Part shown: positions 27,601-34,962 of the stretch, one piece after another
Position numbering within the stretch: the first letter of the stretch is position 1
Layout: each line of letters opens with the position of its first letter
From: Verrucomicrobiia bacterium
GTDB lineage: Bacteria > Verrucomicrobiota > Verrucomicrobiia > Palsa-1439
Assembly: GCA_041476745.1 (NCBI GenBank)
Contig: JBGOTY010000001.1
Span: forward strand, 1-47,142
Direction: 5' to 3'
Length of the DNA: 47,142 nt
Made by a program: the position numbers and the translations under genes
The notes under the pieces: model-generated
Told to the model about the DNA's origin: nothing
The model's database searches: none
The model's input: the letters and a program-made list of their open reading frames with translations, nothing else

Positions 27601-27926
27601 ACAATCGGTTGGACGGTGATCGGGTTACTGGTCGTCTCTTCCAAAGCCAGAATATCGATCGGCTGGGCCGGATCACTGCCCACGATCTCTTCGCCAATCC
27701 CTTCGAGCACGCCGCCGTTTGTCACAGTTCCGCCAACGCCAGAGGGAGTAATCAACCCCGGCAGCGGTGTGGTTACGCCATTGATGTCGGCGGCAATGTT
27801 GTAGGCCACGACGCGGATTGTCATGGTTTGGGCGGAAGCGACTCGCGGCCCGCCACACACCACAATCATCCCGCCGAGGCAAAGCAGGCCAAGAGCCGGG
27901 TTCAGGTAGGTTGAGGTCTTGGGCAT
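24645..27926 (-). CDS. multidomain secreted protein: endonuclease/exonuclease/phosphatase (EEP) domain, PKD, BACON-like beta domain, Ig-like, FN3, and the ~340-aa C-terminal domain shared with the GloVer protein
   Basis: 1093 aa. Signal peptide. EEP motifs IRVVAYNI, ILALEE, YVSHYKSG, LYVGDFNI and SDHLPIVADY. PKD motifs PLTVTFTDTS and WSFGDGGT. FN3 segment PPSVPVGLTA...IDLSWSAS...YRVFRDG...YCYAV.A.D. C-terminal domain at nt 24648..25649. Confidence 0.9.
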   Translation of the reverse strand: MPKTSTYLNPALGLLCLGGMIVVCGGPRVASAQTMTIRVVAYNIAADINGVTTPLPGLITPSGVGGTVTNGGVLEGIGEEIVGSDPAQPIDILALEETTSNPITVQPIVDGLNAFYSMLDPAATNMYAMSPYQATESGGFLASGNGPNAMVYNTKTVQLLASVPVDPACGTNCLGATSGEYREVMRYEFAPAGVTPAAANEFYVYVSHYKSGVGVTNIAKRAGEAVIIRNDEASSLPVDARVLYVGDFNITSSGEPSYQTILSNSAPNGVAQGQGFDPLNLSGATNINWGTSTTDPAILAAETESANDLRFRDDLQVMTSNVFYGVAGGLAYVPGTYHAFGNNGTTPYFGSVNSGSNTSLSNNLVAGAPISAAQLYQDLSTASDHLPIVADYTIPVPVAAPVASFIGSPTSGAVPLTVTFTDTSSGPITNWFWSFGDGGTTNVTTNSVLYTYNTGGVYSVTEIVSGPGGSSTNTQVNYITVTCGYTLSATNASLGDTGGTGSVAVATADTCPWTAVSNDSWIQITGGSVSATGNAAVAYTVLPNGSTSSPRVGTMTIAGQTFTVTQAGDTTAPTVVLTAPASGVVSGTVAVSATATDDVAVTKVELYRDGNLLLGTVTTPPYSVNFNTTTVADGSHCFYARAYDPAGNVGSSATNCVIVDNNPPSVPVGLTARTIATNRIDLSWSASSDSGLSHDGGSGLASYRVFRDGELIGTTANTKYSDSGLAAKTVYCYAVAAQDELGHVSAPSADACAQTFVTAVPALGRYNGLAIQTNAPSHASSGSIKLLVSKNGPFAASLSLGGVRSVFKGQFDASGNATNLVTRIGLNSLRVILHLDLTEGTDQIRGSISVDGFTSEVLADRQVFSAIARCPLAGSFTVVLQPPEGNDPSLPEGFGYGILKVTPTGLGRMSGVLADGTKINIRVPLSKHGTFPLYQALYNSQGASIGWMTFGTNSSVGATVDWFRPRMSSSHYFPAGFTTNVTLLGERYLSPTESGPSAAGNRQVTLGGGNLASSIVETVQVTDVGAVIVPPPNTENLQMKIQTRTGQFSGSFTHPVLGKTVNFNGLVLQPDGTGAGYFLGNSASGFVIFEPTP

Positions 27927-28160
27927 TCGAACTCCAAACAGGAACGTCCACCGCTCTCACTAGGTTGGCCCATATAACGAGAACGCCATCTAGAAGTCAA
28001 GGAAAACGTCCCTGGCTGGTCGACGCAATCAATCCAACCCGAAACCAGTTGGCTTTCATAGAAGATCAGCCGTGACCTCTCGTTCCGCACGGGTGGTGAG
28101 CCGCGCCACTCCACGTGAAAGTCAAACAGATCAAGCCCGTAAGTCGAGGTAATTTGCCGT

Positions 28161-30776
28161 TCACGGCACGAGCCGAATGCGATAGAAGCGAGCCGGGTGG
28201 TTGGTGGCGCCCCCGACGTCCACGTAGTTCGTCACCGGGCCAACCGTGTTTGTCACGGTGAAGAGGTCGGTGAAGTTCGTCGTGTAGTTCGCGCCATTCG
28301 CAAATTGCACCGCGTTGGTCTTGCCGCTGCCCATGGTCCACGTGACCGCGACGTTGCTGCCCGTGCGAGTGACGCTGGTAATGCGAAACGCCGAGGCGTT
28401 GTTGGTCGGGTCGGTGCCGGCCAGGTATTCCTGCAGGTTGCTGAACCCATCCCCGTCGGCGTCCGCGCTGGCCAGGTTGGGGTTGAACGGATCGAAACCG
28501 TACTGCTGTTTCCAAGCGTTCCGAATCCCGTCACCCACGGCGCTGAGGTTCGGGTCGAGCACGAGTTGGCTATACACCAACGTGCCGCCGGTGTGTAACA
28601 GGCGCGCGCACGCGTTGGTGACGACCAGCTTGTCCACAACCACCGTGCCCGCGCTGAGCGTGAAGGTCCCGCTGCGGACTTCCAGCACCGCCGTGCCTCC
28701 ATTGGTCACGTACAAACTACCGCCCGCCACGGTGACGATACCCGTCGACGTGCACCCAACAAGTCCGACGGTCATGTTCGAGAACACGCTGGTGATGCCG
28801 CCGGGCAACGCCAGCGTGCCGGTGTTGCCGGCGCTGACACTGACCACCAGCGCCGGAGTGCGGACCGCTCCATTGGACACAATCAGGGTGCCGTCGGCTC
28901 CATAGGCGACCACGATGCGGTTCCGCAGGACAGGGTCTTCAAAGGCCGGTGAGGGCCCGACCAGCACATCCAGCGTGCCGCCGTTGATTGTGGTCGTATG
29001 GTTGCCGTTGACGCGCAAGCCGCCCTGCACCACCACGTGACCGGTGCCGGCCACCGCGAAACTGCTGGGGCTGCCAAAGTTGTCTCCCACCAGGATGCTG
29101 GCCGCCTGGACCAGGCCGCCCGATACCGTCGCCTGTGCCACGCCGCCGGTGCTGCCAATGCCGAAGGTGCCGTTGGTGACGGTGAGCGTGCCGCCACTGA
29201 TCGTTACCACGCCGGTGGCCGACGCATTCAACCCGATCAACAGATTGGAGGACAGGTTCATGACCCCGCCGTTCATCACCAGGGAGCCGGTATTGCCGGC
29301 GCTGAGGCCGATGACCATCTCGGGGGCGTTGACCGTGCCGTTGGACACGATGAGTGTGCCATCGGCCCCATAGGCAACCACGATGCGATTATTCAGGGAC
29401 GGGTCTTCAAACAGTGGCGGTGGCCCGACCAACACCTCGAGCGTGCTACTGCCGGTGACGGTCGTGGTATGGTTGCCGTTGACGCGCAAACCGCCGTGCA
29501 CCACCACGTGACCGTTGCTGGAGACGGTGAGACTGCTGGCGCTGCCGAGGTTGTCTCCGACCAGGATGCTGGCCGCCTGCAACAGGCCACCCGACACCGT
29601 CACGTGTCCAACGCCCCCCGTGCTGAAGAGCGATCCGTCGTTGCCGATAGCGAGGACGCCGTTGGTGACGGTGATCGAACCACCGGTCATGGTCACCAGG
29701 CCGGTCGAGGCGGAGTTTCCGCCGATGATGAGATTTGTGCCGATCAGCGAGGTTCCGCCACTGATCTCCATGGACGCTTGTGCGTTGGTGGCGTTACCCA
29801 CAAACACAGAGCTGCCCACGATCAGCGTGCCGCCGGGCAGCAGCCGAACGAGGTTACTCTGGCTTGTCGAGTCCGAACTCAACCGCAGGAATCCTTTGAG
29901 ACGCAGCGTGCCGCCGTTCGAAATGATGAACTGGTTGGACGAGCCAATTGTGCCGATGCTGAGTGTGCCGACGTTGACGACGGAGTTGCTGCCGGTGATC
30001 GTGACGGTGTTGAAATTCGCGGGAAGAGGGATAACGTCGAAAAGTTTAAAGCCCACGTATAGATCGCCCGTGTCCAGCCGCGCGCCGTCGGCCACGAGCA
30101 CCATGTTGCTGGCTGCATTTGCGAATGCGACGGCGCCGGCGTTGCTAAAGACGGCGCTCGGACCTGTGACGGTGAACAAAAAGTTGGTCGAATCCAACAA
30201 CTCGGGCACAGCGGTCGTGTTTAGCACGACCATGGTTCCGTTGGTGATGGTTTCGGCGCTGGCAATCGTGAGCGAAGTGTTGCTGACCAACAGGAATCCA
30301 CCTTGTCCCACCAGCAGCGTGTTCATGATGAACGGCGTCGAATCGGCATTCATGATTCGCAGCGTATTGGTCTGGCCAGCGGTCGCGGAGAGAATCAGGT
30401 TGCTGATGGTCATTGTTGCCGGGAAGCTGCTGGACGTGATCGAATCCACGGTGACAACCTTGCTGGAAGCGTTGGTGATGTAGTCCGCGCTATCGGTGCC
30501 AGAGGGGGGAAACCCCAAGGACCAGTTCGTGCTCGTTTCCCATTTGCCGCTGCCGTCCCTCCAACTATTGTTCTGCGCGTGGGCGGAAAGGGTCAATGCG
30601 ATGCCGAGTGCGATAGCGGCGAGGAATCTGGTGTTCCTGTTCGAAGGCGGCACCCGCCCGGGCTCGTCGTGTGGAAAGGCGGATAGCGGGTTCGGATAGA
30701 CCGCCCTACGATGCGAACCGCGTGATGCGTTGAACTTCAGCATGCCTTGCGATCTGGAGAGGAATGGAGGCGGCAA
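28161..30776 (-). CDS. secreted beta-helix/passenger-like repeat protein with internal ~157-aa tandem duplication and conserved C-terminal RFYRIRLVP module
   Basis: 871-aa ORF. Signal-peptide-like RFLAAIALGIALTLSAHAQ at aa 50-68, so the true start may be ATG 30743 or later. WRDGSGKWETSTNW opening is typical of autotransporter-like passengers. Gly/Thr/Asn/Val-rich beta-strand repeats. C-terminal module at nt 28164..28538. Confidence 0.85.
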   Translation of the reverse strand: MPPPFLSRSQGMLKFNASRGSHRRAVYPNPLSAFPHDEPGRVPPSNRNTRFLAAIALGIALTLSAHAQNNSWRDGSGKWETSTNWSLGFPPSGTDSADYITNASSKVVTVDSITSSSFPATMTISNLILSATAGQTNTLRIMNADSTPFIMNTLLVGQGGFLLVSNTSLTIASAETITNGTMVVLNTTAVPELLDSTNFLFTVTGPSAVFSNAGAVAFANAASNMVLVADGARLDTGDLYVGFKLFDVIPLPANFNTVTITGSNSVVNVGTLSIGTIGSSNQFIISNGGTLRLKGFLRLSSDSTSQSNLVRLLPGGTLIVGSSVFVGNATNAQASMEISGGTSLIGTNLIIGGNSASTGLVTMTGGSITVTNGVLAIGNDGSLFSTGGVGHVTVSGGLLQAASILVGDNLGSASSLTVSSNGHVVVHGGLRVNGNHTTTVTGSSTLEVLVGPPPLFEDPSLNNRIVVAYGADGTLIVSNGTVNAPEMVIGLSAGNTGSLVMNGGVMNLSSNLLIGLNASATGVVTISGGTLTVTNGTFGIGSTGGVAQATVSGGLVQAASILVGDNFGSPSSFAVAGTGHVVVQGGLRVNGNHTTTINGGTLDVLVGPSPAFEDPVLRNRIVVAYGADGTLIVSNGAVRTPALVVSVSAGNTGTLALPGGITSVFSNMTVGLVGCTSTGIVTVAGGSLYVTNGGTAVLEVRSGTFTLSAGTVVVDKLVVTNACARLLHTGGTLVYSQLVLDPNLSAVGDGIRNAWKQQYGFDPFNPNLASADADGDGFSNLQEYLAGTDPTNNASAFRITSVTRTGSNVAVTWTMGSGKTNAVQFANGANYTTNFTDLFTVTNTVGPVTNYVDVGGATNHPARFYRIRLVP
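28827..29771 (-). repeat. tandem duplication (2 full units of ~470 nt plus a partial third downstream) inside CDS 28161..30776
   Basis: Unit 1 is aa ~336-493 and unit 2 aa ~494-650. Both contain ...SGGL(L/V)QAASILVGDN(L/F)GS(A/P)SS...GHVVV(H/Q)GGLRVNGNHTTT...(E/D)VLVGP.P.FEDP.L.NRIVVAYGADGTLIVSNG.V..P..V. Confidence 0.85.
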
Positions 30777-30981
30777 ACGCGACGTGACGAGACGCCAGTC
30801 TCTTTAGTTCTCCAAGAGCGGAGTACAGCAGAGTGTTGCCCGAGTGTCCAGCAGATTCGGGCTTTCCCAGCCCATCAGAATTGTTGCCGCAGCAGCCGGT
30901 TGCGACCGATGGTTCAACTCACACCGCACCAATTTTTCCTGCTACAAGACTTCCAGAAGACCTACGGTTGGATGCGTCGCG

Positions 30982-31791
30982 TCAGCGCCGCTTCCGACCA
31001 AGCAGCGCCACGAATACGATGCCCACTCCCGCAAGCACGATGGGGCCCGGCTCCGGCACCACTACTACCGGTGGGGCTGAGAAAGTCTGATCGGGCGCCG
31101 ATCCGTACGCGAAACTTACTGCGGAAATATCGGATAATGTAAAGCTGGCGGGAACGCTGGCCAGCGTAAACACCGCGCTGTTCTTGATGTAGGGCCGCCC
31201 CGAGGTGCCTCCATTATACTGGCTGCCGTCGTCAACCAAAGTGGTCAATCCTCCGCCGATTCCGCCGGGTGCGCTGCCATCCCCTGGGAGCATGGCACCC
31301 GGGAAAACGTTACCCGAACCAAACAGGCCAAAGCCGGCCGCGGCAATTCCTTCGTTCGCGCTTCCCGGAGTGCCGGTCAACCCCGCCACATAGGCCCAGG
31401 AACCTCCGACGACACCGCCGGGGACCGTCAAATTGGCGCCATTCTCCACCCCGACGCTGCCTGCGGCCAACAAGGCCGAGATTTTCGTCAGCGTTGGATC
31501 GCCCGGGATCGTGAAGAACACGCCCGTGAGGATGTCCGGCGGGTCATTCGGCTTGTAGGTGCCGAGATTGGTCAACGTAACGATGAGGTCAGTGGTTGTA
31601 CCCGAAATGGAAAGTGCGAAAGTGACGGTCGCCGAATTGGTCTGGCCCGCGCCGTTGCCTGCGGCGGTCCCGCTAAAGGTGACCGCCGCATTTGCCGACG
31701 TCATGGAGGAGGAGGCCACTGCCAGACCAATTACGGCGACCCAAAGCCGTAAGGTGGTTGCGGCGGTACAACGAAACGGTATGCTAATCAT
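30982..31791 (-). CDS. PEP-CTERM sorting domain-containing surface protein (exosortase substrate)
   Basis: Start reassigned to ATG 31791 (MISIPFRCTAATTLRLWVAVIGLAVASSSMTSANA signal peptide; AAGGA ribosome-binding site upstream). C-terminus VVVVPEPGPIVLAGVGIVFVALLGRKRR is the PEP motif, a TM helix and a basic tail. Gly-rich body. Confidence 0.85.
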   Translation of the reverse strand: MISIPFRCTAATTLRLWVAVIGLAVASSSMTSANAAVTFSGTAAGNGAGQTNSATVTFALSISGTTTDLIVTLTNLGTYKPNDPPDILTGVFFTIPGDPTLTKISALLAAGSVGVENGANLTVPGGVVGGSWAYVAGLTGTPGSANEGIAAAGFGLFGSGNVFPGAMLPGDGSAPGGIGGGLTTLVDDGSQYNGGTSGRPYIKNSAVFTLASVPASFTLSDISAVSFAYGSAPDQTFSAPPVVVVPEPGPIVLAGVGIVFVALLGRKRR

Positions 31792-32434
31792 GATTCCTTT
31801 TCCCTCTACCGACACCCTAAACCGCTCGATGTGCCCGCGTCGCAATCGCAACTCCCAGGCCCACCTCGTCTGCTCAACCAACAATACTAGCGGGCCCCAT
31901 GCCAATAAATACAAGGCTCCGGAGGTAACCAGTGGCGGCCGGCGTAACCTGCCGTCGATGTGTAGGTTGTGAAGGGATGTGACCGTCGTGTTTTTTTTCG
32001 TGGCGACGGATTCGTGGCACGATGTCCCGGCCAAATGTCCAGTGGCCGTTACACGCTGGACACCGGTGTTCAAGGTATCTGACACTACGGGTGTTCGGCG
32101 AAACAGTGGTTACCACCCGTCCTGCCAGCCACGGCCGGGAGAGCCTGTTCGCAGGGGACAGAAGGCAGAGGGGAGAAGCGGGGAAGCGGGACGGGCGGGA
32201 ATGCGCGAATCGACGCGAATCGCTGTTTCACCACAAAGCCACTTTATTGGAATTCTTTTTGTGCTTTCCTTACGATTCCCTCGGAGGTCTAATAGGGTTC
32301 GTCAGCATGCTCGATACGGAGGAAACCGTGTCTCAAATGAGTCGCACCACTTAGCCGGGTTGAACATCACGATTGCTGGATCGAGGAACGGCAGAGAGCG
32401 AACATCCGGAGCATTCAGCGGGAGACGCGACAGT

Positions 32435-33040
32435 ATGCCAGATTCAGGCGAGCCGGGAAGAAAATGTCCTGATTGCGGGCAAACCCTCAAGCCCGAGGTC
32501 GGTATCTGTCGGTATTGCGGATATGTCTTTCCCGCTGGCAAAGCGGCGCGAGCCGGTCCGTTGGGATTGACTCGTGAGCTGGCGGCGCAAACGGCCACCG
32601 GGGGCCGCGTTTCGATCTGGGCCAAACTGCTATGGCCAGTTGTGACCGTCGTTGTCGTGGGCGTCCTGATCTTCAGTGTGGTTCATGGCTTCCCAAGCAC
32701 AAGCACCTGGGAACATGCACAGCGCGATCTGCCCATGGCAAAATCGTATGACCCGGACTTTGAAGCGTTTGTAATCGCCGCGTATCGGCAGGACGGCGTG
32801 GCTGCCGAAGCGCGCGCCCGCGACGGGGTTTGCCTGATCAATGTTGCCAAGGACGTGCCGGGCGGGATCATGAACAAGCTGGGCACCAAGATCGGTGCGC
32901 TGGCCATCGGCTGCACCTATGCCGCGCTGCGCCAGAAACACGGCGACAACCCAGTGGCCACCGTCACCATTTTCACCAACGGCCGTCGTTACACCAGCGC
33001 GACCTGCGACGGTCAAAAGCATCCGGAGTTCCTCAAGTAG
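32435..33040 (+). CDS. zinc-ribbon membrane protein, hypothetical
   Basis: Start reassigned to ATG 32435. MPDSGEPGRKCPDCGQTLKPEVGICRYCGY (CxxC...CxxC zinc ribbon), one TM helix LLWPVVTVVVVGVLIFSVV, then a ~130-aa extracytoplasmic region. The 5' part of ORF 31979..33040 looks non-coding. Confidence 0.65.
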   Translation: MPDSGEPGRKCPDCGQTLKPEVGICRYCGYVFPAGKAARAGPLGLTRELAAQTATGGRVSIWAKLLWPVVTVVVVGVLIFSVVHGFPSTSTWEHAQRDLPMAKSYDPDFEAFVIAAYRQDGVAAEARARDGVCLINVAKDVPGGIMNKLGTKIGALAIGCTYAALRQKHGDNPVATVTIFTNGRRYTSATCDGQKHPEFLK

Positions 33041-33252
33041 GACGGCCTTCGGCAGAACTTGTCCTGAACGCAACCGAAGAATCCGGTACGACAACCCAAC
33101 CATCACGCCTTTTGGAGAATCTTCGCCCCTGAGCGTTTGAATTGTCCGCTCGTTTCCTGCAGCCCGGTACCCGGGCGCCGACCGGCGGAGCAATCGTGCA
33201 CCGCCGGCACACGCTCGTTACACTCAGCCGTTCAGGGCGTTGACCGACGAAC

Positions 33253-33801
33253 CTAGGACCGCCGCCGGTAAACCGCCAGCAATCCCGCGAGACCCACACC
33301 GACCAGCGTCATCGTGCCGGGTTCGGGAATGTTTAAGTCACTCTGCACCTGCACTGCGCCAAGCGGCAGGCCAAAGAATGGCGAGACGTCCTGTGGAGCC
33401 CCGCTCTCCACCAACGACCCGACGACGGGAATGCCGAGCGTGTCAAGGTTCTGTAGGTTAGGATCCGAGGCGAAATAAAAAAACTGATTCTGAACCCAGA
33501 GTTGATCGCTCACGACCGATTGGCTCGCGTCTTCGTAGAGCAAGACTGCTCCGTTGGGAAGCCCGACGGGACCGAAGAAGGCGGGGAGGAATTGCACGAA
33601 ATTCGTTGATTCTGGGAAAACGAACGGCGGCTGGCCACTGATGAGCACAACATCGGACTGCCCGCCTGCCTGCGCTCGAACCGGCGGTGCGACCGCCAAA
33701 CTCGCCACCAGCGCCATCGCCAGAGCCAACCAGATGCCTTTCCTTGTTGATCCCTGGCGTTCCGTGACTTCCCGCCTACGAACAAACATAGGACTCTTCA
33801 T
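33253..33801 (-). CDS. PEP-CTERM sorting domain-containing protein (small)
   Basis: 182 aa. Signal peptide IWLALAMALVASLAVAPPVRA. C-terminus NIPEPGTMTLVGVGLAGLLAVYRRRS. Confidence 0.85.
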   Translation of the reverse strand: MKSPMFVRRREVTERQGSTRKGIWLALAMALVASLAVAPPVRAQAGGQSDVVLISGQPPFVFPESTNFVQFLPAFFGPVGLPNGAVLLYEDASQSVVSDQLWVQNQFFYFASDPNLQNLDTLGIPVVGSLVESGAPQDVSPFFGLPLGAVQVQSDLNIPEPGTMTLVGVGLAGLLAVYRRRS

Positions 33802-34201
33802 GATCCACTAACTCCTTTCCGCGCTTCGCGCGACTGATGAAACCGGTCGTTACTTTGTTTGCCCAAAGTCTAATCAGCCGTTTCGTACAGGGGTGAGGAG
33901 TACCCGCTCAATGGCAGGCAAGATGTAGAAAAGCTCGGTCGGCGACCACGCGTCCAGAAGTGAATCAGCCAAATCACGCGCCAGCCTTGCTTGGCTTTTC
34001 GCACTCGCCTCGACCAGGCGCATCGTGACGCCTCTCCGAGGCAGTTTATGCCAGATGCCTTTCCAAATGTCAAGCCCGGAAAGCGGAAGGGGAGTAACAC
34101 GAAGGGCACGAAGCAGATACGTAGGGACGCGAATCAATGCGAATTCACCACAGGGGGCACCAGGGATGTTTCTGGTGGAAAGCGGAGCGGAGCAGTGGCT
34201 G

Positions 34202-34241
34202 GGCGGCATCCGCCTTCGCCAAGGCTACGGCGGGACAAGGG
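34202..34241 (+). repeat. left copy of imperfect ~40-bp direct repeat bracketing the low-GC defence islet
   Basis: GGCGGC-ATCCGCCTTCGCCAAGGCTACGGCGGGACAAGGG. From ATCCGCCTTCGC onward, 28 of 34 aligned positions are identical to 38829..38862 (hand alignment). Confidence 0.6.
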
Positions 34242-34328
34242 ACGCGGCGATGTTTCTGGCGCAACTGATACGCGGCGATGTAGTTGTCGCGGCAATCTGG
34301 CAGGAATGCGGGGACGGGGCCAGTTACT

Positions 34329-34676
34329 CTAGCATGGGTTCGGCCGATTGACTCGTATCAGTTTCCCGTTGAGAGTTGCATGCTCGGAAGTCGCGGCATG
34401 GATTCGCTTGGCTTGGCCAAGGTGATCCGCGTCTTGCGTGCAAACAACTATTCCGGGATGTGAGCCCTGGATGTTGTTGTGGAGATGGATAAAGTCTTTT
34501 CTGTTAAGCGTTAGAAGCGCTCGCTTTTCAGCGGTGGCATATTCGAGGACATCTTCATCGGGAATGGCTTGCCGGGACTTGCCCGCATCGTGCGATGTCA
34601 AAACATCATCGCCCAGTTGCCGGAGCGCCTCAACGGTTCCTTGGGGGAAATTCTCGTTCGAGTAGAAACGCGCCAT
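34329..34676 (-). CDS. DUF5615 family PIN-like (Mut7-C-like) domain protein, putative toxin
   Basis: 115 aa. MARFYSNENFPQGTVEALRQLGDDVLTSHDAG...IPDEDVLEYATAEKRALLTLNRKDF matches the DUF5615 pattern. The start overlaps the DUF433 stop by 1 nt (TGATG at 34674..34678). Confidence 0.85.
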   Translation of the reverse strand: MARFYSNENFPQGTVEALRQLGDDVLTSHDAGKSRQAIPDEDVLEYATAEKRALLTLNRKDFIHLHNNIQGSHPGIVVCTQDADHLGQAKRIHAATSEHATLNGKLIRVNRPNPC

Positions 34677-34948
34677 CAGGCATTCTCGTTGGATCGCACA
34701 TCTTCATCGATCTCAGCCTGATGCGTTTCGGCATATTCCCAGGCTTGCTCCAAATCTTTGGCGGTGAGACTCGGATAATTCTTTAGAATTCCGGCATCGT
34801 CCATACGCAATCGGCGCGCTTGCACCAAGACCCAAACTGGAATCCGAGTTCCGGCGATTCTGGCCACGCCGCCACAAACCTCAATATTTTTCTCGATACC
34901 GGGCATACGTCTTGTGTCTAATGTAGCCTCTTTTGCAGCCGAATCCAC
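34676..34948 (-). CDS. DUF433 domain protein, putative antitoxin partner of DUF5615
   Basis: 90 aa. CGGVARIAGTRIPVWVLV......G....ILKNYPSLTAKDLEQAWEYA is the DUF433 signature. Confidence 0.85.
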   Translation of the reverse strand: MDSAAKEATLDTRRMPGIEKNIEVCGGVARIAGTRIPVWVLVQARRLRMDDAGILKNYPSLTAKDLEQAWEYAETHQAEIDEDVRSNENA

Positions 34949-34962
34949 CGCGATTCGCCCCG

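Noticed and set aside
31792-32085. N-terminal extension of ORF 30982..32085. The same issue applies to 31979..32434 of ORF 31979..33040, to 42135..42410 of ORF 42135..43220, and to 38866..38967
   Set aside because: The extended parts lack coding-like composition or overlap neighbouring genes. Internal ATGs are preceded by Shine-Dalgarno-like sequences and followed by signal peptides or by the conserved N-termini of the families (PEP-CTERM protein, zinc ribbon, PPK2, PPIase).
33874-34209. 111-aa minus-strand ORF, with overlapping + strand ORFs 33991..34332 and 34025..34351, in the spacer left of the defence islet
   Set aside because: There is no recognisable family, no ribosome-binding site and odd composition. 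The region may contain decayed gene remnants, for example of the lost res/mod system, but nothing supports a functional CDS.
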